From NCBI GenBank assembly GCA_038321775.1, contig JBBQFI010000014.1, forward strand, positions 536-64,535: 64,000 bases of DNA, given 5' to 3'. This document shows, in pieces, positions 17,112 through 25,800 of this stretch (the stretch's first letter is position 1; each line of letters starts with the position of its first letter). Source of the stretch: Chthoniobacterales bacterium. Its GTDB lineage: Bacteria > Verrucomicrobiota > Verrucomicrobiia > Chthoniobacterales > UBA10450. A program made the translations under genes and the position numbers. Below the pieces are notes generated by a model. It had not been told where the DNA came from. It worked only from the letters and a program-made list of their open reading frames with translations, and did not search any database.

Positions 17112-17466
17112 TGGAGGCGAGGGGAGTCGAACCCCTGTCCTCGAAGCCATCCGCACAAGCTTCTACATGCTTAGCCGGTGATTTATTTTTAAAGAGCCGA
17201 AGGCTGCGCCGGCACACTTCGTCTCCCGAGCGTCCACGAATTCCTTCACCGTCCGGCGCGGTCACTCCGCCGTCCGATTAGCCTGCTGTCCATGTCCCGA
17301 GCCGTAGCAGGCGTCAAGCCCGGGACATCGCAGTCAATTAAGCCGCGAGAGCGAGATCTTGGTGATCTGCATTTATTTTTTTTGGTCCGGATTTTAACGA
17401 GGCCAACGAACCATCCTCGACATGCCGCCTGCGTTTCAAACAACGAGTCGAAACCAGTACGCCCCC
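17112..17466 (-). ncRNA. ssrA: tmRNA (SsrA)
   Basis: The minus strand starts GGGGGCGTACTGGTTTCGACTCG and ends GGACAGGGGTTCGACTCCCCTCGCCTCCA, giving a tRNA-Ala-like acceptor/T-arm. CCA is not encoded. The internal tag ORF GCA GAT CAC CAA GAT CTC GCT CTC GCG GCT TAA reads ADHQDLALAA. Confidence 0.9.
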
Positions 17467-17481
17467 TTTTTAAGAGAAACG

Positions 17482-17510
17482 AAGATAGCGCGGCTGGCGC
17501 GCAATTGCAA
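17482..17510 (-). promoter_or_regulatory. Candidate sigma-70-type promoter for ssrA
   Basis: The minus strand reads TTGCAA, 17 nt, TATCTT, ending about 16 nt upstream of the mature tmRNA 5' end. Confidence 0.3.
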
Positions 17511-17519
17511 TCGTTTCGC

Positions 17520-18521
17520 CTAACGAGTCTCGTCGCCTTTAAAAATGTGGAAGAGGAAATAGAGCGACGGCAGGAGAAGGATGGCGCCGGCGCCGAGAGC
17601 GATGATGAGCAGTCGCAACGTCGCCTGTGGCGCAGCGCTGTTCGCGAAAGTCAGGTCAGGCGTCACAAAGTTTGGATACTGGGCCAGACTCCAACCTGAC
17701 AAAATCAACACGACCTGACCAATCGCAGCGATGCGCGCGAAGACATAGCGACGGCGCCAAAGCGCGATGAGCGCGGCGACGGCAAAGCAGCTCGTCCAGC
17801 CTAACAAGAGCGGCGCCCACCATCGCGTCAGGCCGTCGAAAATATCGGGCGCGTCTTTTCGCGCGGTGAGAAATGCAATGAGCGCAATCGGCGCAAGCGT
17901 AAGCCCGGACCAAATCGCGCGCTGTCGAAAGTCGTTTTGTAATTCCGGGTCGTCGCTGGTATCGACCGTCAGATAAGTCGCGGCGAGAAACGCGAAGAGA
18001 GCGACGGCGAAAATTCCGCAGACAAAAGCGAACGGCGTCAGCCAGCCCGCCAGGAAGCCGCTCGTTAGTTTTCCATCAACGATTCGGATGTTTCCGGTCG
18101 CGAGTGCGCCCACGGTGATGCCTTCGACAAACGGCGTGAAAAAACTCGAGACGCCAAACAAGACGCTCCAGCGCCGTTGCACGACGGCGACATCGCGATC
18201 GTATTTGCGAAAGACAAACGCGGAACCGCGCAGAACGATTCCGATCAGGATGAGGGTAAACGGAATGTTGAGCGCGGTCATCATCGCGGAAAATGCCGGC
18301 GGAAATCCGGTGAAGAGCAAAACGATAACGAGAATGAGCCAAACGTGATTCGCTTCCCAGATCGGGCCGATGGCCTCGGCGATTGCTTCCTTTTGTCGCT
18401 GCGCGCGCGGACCGGTTGCCAGGAAATCCCACATTCCGCCGCCAAAATCCGCGCCGCCCATGAGCGCGTAAATCACGAGCGAAACCACCATGAAAAACGC
18501 GACGATTAATTCCAGAGTCAT
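17520..18521 (-). CDS. cydB: Cytochrome bd ubiquinol oxidase subunit II
   Basis: 333 aa polytopic protein with a CydB-like N-terminus (YALMGGADFGGGMWD). Overlaps cydA by 4 nt. Confidence 0.9.
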   Translation of the reverse strand: MTLELIVAFFMVVSLVIYALMGGADFGGGMWDFLATGPRAQRQKEAIAEAIGPIWEANHVWLILVIVLLFTGFPPAFSAMMTALNIPFTLILIGIVLRGSAFVFRKYDRDVAVVQRRWSVLFGVSSFFTPFVEGITVGALATGNIRIVDGKLTSGFLAGWLTPFAFVCGIFAVALFAFLAATYLTVDTSDDPELQNDFRQRAIWSGLTLAPIALIAFLTARKDAPDIFDGLTRWWAPLLLGWTSCFAVAALIALWRRRYVFARIAAIGQVVLILSGWSLAQYPNFVTPDLTFANSAAPQATLRLLIIALGAGAILLLPSLYFLFHIFKGDETR

Positions 18522-19834
18522 GCGCTTTTTTCGGTCGCCGCTTCGGGCGATCTTAGAAACTGTCGACGCAATAAAAAGAAAACGCTGATCGCGAGAAAAA
18601 TGTAGAGCGCAGTGAACGCGAAAAACGGAATCGCGATGCCGGGCATCGGTGTGACTGCTTCATGCGTTCGCATCACGTTATAAATAATCCACGGTTGGCG
18701 GCCGACTTCCGTTACCGTCCATCCGGCTTCCATGGCCAGAAAACCGAGCGGCCCGGCTAGGATTATTCCGCGCAAAATCCATCCGCGATCAGGCAGACGG
18801 CGGTTCTTCAACCAAAGGCATGCTGCGGTAATGGAGAGCGCGAGGAGATAAAGCCCGCACGCGACCATGAGATCGAAGGACAAATGCACAATGCGCACGT
18901 CGGGCCATTGATCGCGCGGAAATTCCTCCAGGCCGGTGATGCGTGCATCCGGATCGCGCGCTACGAGCAGGCTCAATCCGCGCGGAATATGCAATGCACC
19001 TGCAACTGTCTCCGATTTGTCGTTAGGCAAACCGCCGATGATTAACGGCGCGCCGTTTTGCGTATGATAATGCGCTTCCATGGCGGCGAGTTTTGCCGGC
19101 TGCAACTTGGCAACTTTACGCGCGCTGAAATCGCCGCTCACGATTTGCAGCGGCGCGCAGACACAAGCGACAGCGAGCGAAATCCCAAGCGCGCTGCGAT
19201 GAAACGCACTCTCGCGATCGCGCAGCAGAAAAAATGCATGCACGGCCGCGACGGCAAATCCTGTCGCGATGAAAGCAGCGAGTGTCATGTGAATGACTTC
19301 ATGCAGGCTCGCGGGATTAAGCATGGCCGCGATCGGATCGATGTCGGTCGGTTTGCCGTTCACCATTCGAAAACCGGCGGGCGCATTCATCCAGGCATTG
19401 GCCGTGACCACAAAAATCCCGGAGAGCGTTCCGCCAATCGCCACCAAAATGCCGCAGACCCAATGCAAAATCGGCGAGAGACGATTCCATCCATATAAAT
19501 AGAGGCCGAGAAAAATCGCCTCCGCGAAAAACGCGAAGCCTTCCAGGGAAAATGGCATCCCGATAATCGCCCCCGCTTTTTCCATGAAGCCGGGCCAGAG
19601 CAATCCCAATTCAAACGCGAGCACTGTTCCAGACACTGCGCCGACGGCGAAAAGAATCGCGGCGCCGCGCGACCAGCGTTTCGCCAAATCGAGATAGACC
19701 GGTTTTTTTGTGCGCAGGTAGGCGGCTTCCGCGACCGCCATTAATACCGGCAACCCGATACCGATCGCGGCAAAGATAATGTGAAACGCGAGCGACATCG
19801 CCATTTGCGACCGCGCAAAAAGAAAATCGCTCAT
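18518..19834 (-). CDS. cydA: Cytochrome bd ubiquinol oxidase subunit I
   Basis: 438 aa. ARSQMAMSLAFHIIFA and GWTVTEVGRQPW motifs are typical of CydA. Confidence 0.9.
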   Translation of the reverse strand: MSDFLFARSQMAMSLAFHIIFAAIGIGLPVLMAVAEAAYLRTKKPVYLDLAKRWSRGAAILFAVGAVSGTVLAFELGLLWPGFMEKAGAIIGMPFSLEGFAFFAEAIFLGLYLYGWNRLSPILHWVCGILVAIGGTLSGIFVVTANAWMNAPAGFRMVNGKPTDIDPIAAMLNPASLHEVIHMTLAAFIATGFAVAAVHAFFLLRDRESAFHRSALGISLAVACVCAPLQIVSGDFSARKVAKLQPAKLAAMEAHYHTQNGAPLIIGGLPNDKSETVAGALHIPRGLSLLVARDPDARITGLEEFPRDQWPDVRIVHLSFDLMVACGLYLLALSITAACLWLKNRRLPDRGWILRGIILAGPLGFLAMEAGWTVTEVGRQPWIIYNVMRTHEAVTPMPGIAIPFFAFTALYIFLAISVFFLLRRQFLRSPEAATEKSA

Positions 19835-19893
19835 CGTTTTAGTTAATCTGAAATACTTGCAATGCGTGCCAGTGTTAACGCTAGTTAACGGTA

Positions 19894-20601
19894 ATGAGCG
19901 CTTCTGGCAAAACGGCGGTTGTGGCGGGCGTGGGTCCGGGATTGGGCGCGGCGCTGGTGCGCAAGTTTGCGCGCGAAGGTTGCCGCGTCGCGATGTTTGC
20001 GCGTTCCGGCGAATATCTCGAGAAGCTCGCAGCTGATAATCGCGGGTCGAAACTGCTCGCCGTCCCGACGGATATTTCGGATGCGGAACAAGTGACGCGC
20101 GGATTCGCGCAAATACGCGAAAAGTTCGGCGCCATCGATATTCTGATCAATCACGCCAGCGCTTCGGCCTGGAGCGGGATTGCGGAATTAACGCCGGAGA
20201 AATTTGAGCACGCGTGGCGCGTGACTACTTACGGGGCATTCCTTTGCTGCAAGGAAGCAGTGCCCGACATGCTGGCGGCTAAATCCGGCGTGATTCTTTT
20301 TACAGGCGCAACGTCTTCCATTCGCGGACGCAAAGGAGCACTGGATTTTTCGAGCGCGAAGTTTGGTCTGCGTGGCTTGGCCGATTCTCTCGCGCGCGAA
20401 CTCTGGCCGCAAAACATTCACGTCGCTCACATCGTGATTGATGGGATCATCGGTAACACTGAAAAGGCGACCGCGACGAAGGAGCCGATGCTCGATCCGG
20501 ACGCAATTGCAGAAACCTATTGGAATTTGATCGAGCAGGATCGCAGTGCGTGGACATTCGAACTGGAACTGCGTCCGAGTCGTGAGGATTTTTTCGTTTG
20601 A
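19894..20601 (+). CDS. SDR-family oxidoreductase
   Basis: 235 aa. VAGVGPGLGAAL cofactor loop and an S...K catalytic region (FSSAKFGLRG). Confidence 0.85.
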   Translation: MSASGKTAVVAGVGPGLGAALVRKFAREGCRVAMFARSGEYLEKLAADNRGSKLLAVPTDISDAEQVTRGFAQIREKFGAIDILINHASASAWSGIAELTPEKFEHAWRVTTYGAFLCCKEAVPDMLAAKSGVILFTGATSSIRGRKGALDFSSAKFGLRGLADSLARELWPQNIHVAHIVIDGIIGNTEKATATKEPMLDPDAIAETYWNLIEQDRSAWTFELELRPSREDFFV

Positions 20602-20651
20602 TGGCGCCGAGCCCGAGCTATTGCCATCCGCTCTCATCGAAGCCATCTGGG

Positions 20652-20680
20652 AAACTTGACGGCTTTAAGCCGTCAAGTTT
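20652..20680 (+). terminator. Hairpin/terminator candidate downstream of the SDR gene
   Basis: Perfect 12-bp stem aaacttgacggc/gccgtcaagttt with a 5-nt loop. The right arm ends in ttt, followed by cgtg. Confidence 0.5.
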
Positions 20681-20817
20681 CGTGCCGATGATTGCTCTCT
20701 TGGGATTTGAGAGATGGAGTAATGACCTGGCGTTTGAAAAGCCCGCGCTCCTTGATGGAGCAAGGTGACGAAGAATGTTGTTGCGGAGTTTGCGACGCCG
20801 CCGGACGACTTTGCTGC

Positions 20818-21837
20818 ATGACGGAGGATCTCCAATTTGATCAGCGAGCTTGCTTGATTGCGGGCCAGGCGAAATCGGGGACGACGTTACTCGTTGCATT
20901 GCTCGATAATCATCCGGAATTGCTCGTGCTTCCGGAAGAGACCGCGTACTTCCCGACTGTTCTCACAAAATACGGCCAACGGTCGCGCCGCGAACAATTC
21001 GATTACCTAACGAAAGATTCGCTTTCCAATGTCGTCTTCGGCGGTCCATGCAAATGGGGTAAACGCGATTACTCATACTTTCCGACTTCGACATTTTTAA
21101 GTTTATTCGGGGCGCGCGCATTCGATCCCGCCAACGCATCAAAAGATTTGCTGATTCTCATGCTCGAATCATACGCCGAGACGATCGGCCGCCCGCTCGA
21201 TACAATTAAGCGCTGGGTGGAAAAAACGCCCGCCAACCGCAATCATCTTCCCGCAATCTTCAATCGCTTCCCGCAGGCAAAAGTGCTTCTCACGATGCGC
21301 GATCCGCGAGCAATTTTAGCCGCACAAATCGCCTTGGAGAAAACGCGACAACTCCGGCGCTTTTCCATTTACTACTGCGTTTCGCACTGGCTAAGGGCTG
21401 CGACGTTAGCAGCCAACTCGTTGCGGGGGGAAGACGCGCGGACGTTTGTCGTGCCGTATGAAAAACTCGTGCTCGATCCCGCCCAATGTATGGAGAAAGT
21501 CTGTTCGTTCCTGCAAATTAGTTTTGACGAAGAAACGGTTTTGACGCCGACGAAAGTCGGAAAGTTCTGGCGCGGAAATTCCGCCGCCGAGACTGATTTT
21601 TCGCAGATCAGCACCGAACCTTTGACACGATGGGAAACGGAACTTTCGCGCGATGAGATCGGATGGGTGGAATGGCATTGCCGCGAACTGATGCCGATTT
21701 TTGGATACAAACCGCGGCTGGATCGGCGCGAGCTGCGCCATTTTCTTCGTCCAATTCGTTACGAAACTCCGCGCGAATATTTGAAATCGCGCCTTTATTC
21801 TTATCGCGATTCGATGCGATCGCGTCGCAGTTCATAA
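20818..21837 (+). CDS. Sulfotransferase-family protein
   Basis: PAPS-binding 5'-PSB-like loop (AGQAKSGTTLL) and a 3'-PB-like region (LLTMRDPRAILAAQ). The start is taken at the internal ATG 20818; the ORF maximum starts at 20692. Confidence 0.7.
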   Translation: MTEDLQFDQRACLIAGQAKSGTTLLVALLDNHPELLVLPEETAYFPTVLTKYGQRSRREQFDYLTKDSLSNVVFGGPCKWGKRDYSYFPTSTFLSLFGARAFDPANASKDLLILMLESYAETIGRPLDTIKRWVEKTPANRNHLPAIFNRFPQAKVLLTMRDPRAILAAQIALEKTRQLRRFSIYYCVSHWLRAATLAANSLRGEDARTFVVPYEKLVLDPAQCMEKVCSFLQISFDEETVLTPTKVGKFWRGNSAAETDFSQISTEPLTRWETELSRDEIGWVEWHCRELMPIFGYKPRLDRRELRHFLRPIRYETPREYLKSRLYSYRDSMRSRRSS

Positions 21838-21838
21838 C

Positions 21839-22654
21839 GTGTCGCCCATCCGACTCAATTTCAGCAGCCGCGCCCGCTTGTTATCCGGCGGCGATGCCAT
21901 TGTCGTTTCCATTCCGAAAAGTGGCCGCACCTGGGTACGTGCATTCCTCTGCGCCTACTACTGCAAACGCGCTGGAAAACCGTTCACACTGGAACCAGAA
22001 AAGTACGAGCTGCCGGGGATACCGCGGATCATTTATACGCACGATCTTTTCGAGCAACGCACGAAGGCCGATCTTTGGGACAAGGTGCGCGGGAAGTATC
22101 TGGTCCCGGCGAGCGAACTTCGCCGCGCCAGGATCATTCTTCTCGCGCGCGATCCGCGTGATGCTTTCGTTTCCCATTACGTGCAACTGGTGCGCCGCTC
22201 CTCCGATACGCCTAACGAGTTAAGACAAAAAAGCCTGAGCGAACTTTTGCGCGATCAGGCGTTCGGGATTGAGGCAATTGTCGAGACGATGAACCGGTGG
22301 CTGAAGGAATTCGGACGCCGTAAAAATTTCCTGCTCGTCACCTACGAAACATTGCGCGCCGAACCGGACAAGACGTTTCGCACTCTCCTGGCGGACCTCG
22401 GTGAAGTCGCGCCGGACGCGGATGCATTCGCTCATGCGCTCGCGTTTTCCGATTTCGAAAATATGAAAAAACTGGAAGCAGCCGGGGCCTTCGATTCTAA
22501 AATTTTGAAGCCGGGCGATGTGACCGATCCGGAGTCGTTTAAAGTACGACGCGGAAAAATTGGCGGGTATCGAGAATATCTTTCCGAAGAGGATCAGCGC
22601 TACGCCGCAGCTGTGCTCAAGCAACTGCATCCTCGTTTCAGCTACGCCGCGTAG
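21839..22654 (+). CDS. Sulfotransferase-domain protein
   Basis: 271 aa. IPKSGRTWVRAFL (5'-PSB) and LLARDPRDAFVSHY (3'-PB) motifs. Starts 1 nt after the previous stop. Confidence 0.75.
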   Translation: MSPIRLNFSSRARLLSGGDAIVVSIPKSGRTWVRAFLCAYYCKRAGKPFTLEPEKYELPGIPRIIYTHDLFEQRTKADLWDKVRGKYLVPASELRRARIILLARDPRDAFVSHYVQLVRRSSDTPNELRQKSLSELLRDQAFGIEAIVETMNRWLKEFGRRKNFLLVTYETLRAEPDKTFRTLLADLGEVAPDADAFAHALAFSDFENMKKLEAAGAFDSKILKPGDVTDPESFKVRRGKIGGYREYLSEEDQRYAAAVLKQLHPRFSYAA

Positions 22655-22679
22655 TCCGGAGCAACGCAAAGCGAAAAGG

Positions 22680-22752
<73 letters not shown>

Positions 22753-22865
22753 GTGATGAATCCTCGCGCGCTGTGCGCGACCGGAGCGTCACTATGCGAA
22801 ATTCCCGGCGCGGAGCAAGAATCATCGCGAAAGGAAAACTTTGTTGTTAGACTGTGTGCCGGATC

Positions 22866-25800
22866 ATGGCAACCGCCGCACAAGAATCGAAGTGGAAGCG
22901 GATTCGCATTTTCATTTCTTCGCCGAGCGACCTGACGGAAGAACGGCTCGCCGGCGAACGCGTGGTAGAAAGATTGCAGGCCGAATTTCTCGGTGCCGCT
23001 GTCCTCGAACCGATTTTGTGGGAAGACCTGCCGCTCACCGCGGAACGGGCGTTTCAGGATCAGATTCCGCTTCCGGCGGAAGTTGAAATCGTTGTCCTGA
23101 TGTTGTGGTCGCGACTCGGTTCGCGCCTGCACAGCAAATACAAAAGTGGAACAGGCGAAGCGCCCACCGGCACGCTCTTCGAATTCCGCAACGCGCTCGA
23201 AGGCCGGAAACGCACCAATCGTTTTCCCGACATCATGGTTTACCGCAAGACAGCGGAACCGCCCAAGGCAAGCATTCGCGATCCCCAGGCGCGCCGTAAG
23301 GAAGAGGACGAGTGGCGGAAGGTGGACGACTTCTTTGCTCGAACGTTCATCGATCAACGTGAAGGAGTTTTTACCGGCGCGTTTCATCAATTCACGCGCA
23401 CGATGGAATTCGAGGCGGTTTTCGAAAAACACCTGCGTAAACTTGTGCGATCGCATCTCGCTGATGCGACGCAGGAAGTGGCATCTTCACAGATTCGCTG
23501 GCCCTGGGACATCAAGCGACAAGGTTCGCCCTTCCGCGGCCTTGGTTATTTCGATTTCGAACACGCCCCGATTTTTTTCGGGCGCGCGGAAGCAGCTACC
23601 TCCGTGCGCAACGCGTTGCGCAGCCAGGCCGCAAACGGAAAAGCCTTCGTCCTGGTAACGGGCGCAAGCGGTCTCGGAAAATCATCACTCGTTAGGGCAG
23701 GAGTGGTGCCAGGCATGGTCCAGCCCGGTGTGGTGGAAGGCGTCAGTCTTTGGCGCCGCGCCGTGGTCGGACCGAAATTTGAGAGCGGCGACCTGTTTCT
23801 CGAGCTGGCGACCGGACTGTTGCGCGATGGCGCTCTGCCCGAACTTGTTTCGGCGCAACAAATCGACGCGCCAAAACTGGCCGCGCAGTTGCGCAGTTCG
23901 CCCGCCGCGGCCGTTTTTAAAATCGAAGCCGGCCTTAGCCTTGTCACGACGGAGGCGCGCGTGCGCGAAGAAGCGAAGCTGCAGGCGAAAATTACCGATC
24001 TCGAAAAATCCGGCGATCTCGCTCAAGCCGCAGAGTTGCAGGAAATGGCCGCGCACATTCTGCAACCGCAGGCGCGCCTGGTTCTCATCCTCGATCAGCT
24101 TGAGGAAATTTTTACCACCGCCGGCGTTTCGGCGGAAGAACGCGAAAAATTTATCGCTGCGATCGACGCTATGGCGCGCAGCGGTTTGGTTTCGGTGATC
24201 GCCACTTTGCGCAGCGATTTTCATGGTCGATTGAGCGAGCTGCCGCAGCTCGTCGAGCTCATGGAAGGCGCGGGCGAATATATCGTTAGGCCACCGACAC
24301 GCGAAGAGCTCGGCCAAATGATCCGATTGCCTGCGCTCGCCGCCGGCTTGCGTTTCCAGGAACGGTCCAAGAAAAACATCGGGCTCGATGAAATCCTTCG
24401 CGACGAAGCTTCCAGCAATCCACAGGCGTTACCGCTCCTCGAATTTGCCCTCGATGAAATTTATCGCCGCCGCGAACCGCAACCGGACGGGACCGCGTTA
24501 TTGACCGTTTCCGCTTATGCGAAACTGCGCACGATCCGGGGCGCCCTTGGACTTAAAGCGGAAGAAACGTTTCGCTCGTTAGGCGCGGAAGCGCAGGAGG
24601 CGTTCGGGAAAGTGATGCGCGGAATCGTGACGCTTTCGCTCGAGGAAAATTCCACCTTTACCCGGCGCTGGGCCAATTACAGTCAACTCACCGCTTCGCC
24701 CGCGGCCGCAACTTTTGTCGACGCGTTTATTAAGAATCGTCTCTTTGTGGCCGATGCGACGAAGGACGACATGCGCGGCTCGGTCAGTGTCGCGCACGAA
24801 GCGCTCTTCACGAGCTGGCCGCGTCTGCGGCGTTGGCTCCACGGCGAAAGCGATTTCCTGAAACGACGCGCGCGGCTCGCACAGGAAGTCGCGCTCTGGA
24901 ACGAGCAAAAACAGGAGGCAGCGTATTTGCTTGAAGGGCGCGCCTTGCAGGACGCGCTCGTGCTCATTGAGGATCATCGCTCTGATCTCACCGCGGAAGA
25001 AATTACTTTCATCGAGCGTTCGCGTCACGCTTTCGAACTGAAAGCGCGCCGGCGTCAGCGTGCGCTTATGACACTGGCCGCGGTTTTTCTGGCGCTGGCG
25101 ATTTTGTCCGGCGTCGGTGCGTTCTTCGGTTTTCGCGGCGAGGGACGCGCGCGGGTAGCGCAGCGCAGCGCCGAATCGGAAAAATCGGCCGCGCAAAAAA
25201 CTCTCAGCCGTTCCGATTTTTTCCAAGCCGGTCGGTTGCTCGAAAACAACGACGCGTCGCATGCGCTGGCTTATCTCGCGCGCGCTTTGCGCGTCGATCC
25301 CGCCAATCGCGCGGCGAGCGATATGATCAGCGCATTATTGCTACAACGAAACTGGCCGCTGTTGATCGGACCGAAAGTTCCTTTTGAAGCCTCCATCCTC
25401 ACCGCCAGCTTTAGTCCCGACGCGAGTAAGGCTGCGACTATTTCCTACGACAACACGGTGCGTATTTGGAACACGAAAACCGGCGGTGCGCTGACGCCGC
25501 CGCTCACGCAACAATCGCCCGCGTTCTCGGTCGTTTTCAGTCCCGACGGAAAATCGGTGCTCATCGCCTGCTATGATTACACGGCACGCATTTGGAGTGC
25601 GGAAACCGGACAGCCGATCGGCCCAGTCATGAAACACGATGGCAGTCTCGAATCGGCGGTCTTTTCTGACGACGGCAAAACAATTGTCACTACAAGCAAC
25701 GACAAAGGTTTTTTGTGGGAAAGCAAAACCGGGCTAGCGGCCCGCGAACCGATTCAAGCTGACGGCCAGGTCAATTACGCGGCGTTCAGCCCCGATGGCA

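Noticed and set aside
16723-17181. ORF of 152 aa between the ECF operon and ssrA
   Set aside because: The sequence is low-complexity and Ser/Arg/Pro-rich, it overlaps the 3' end of the tmRNA gene, and it has no plausible start context.
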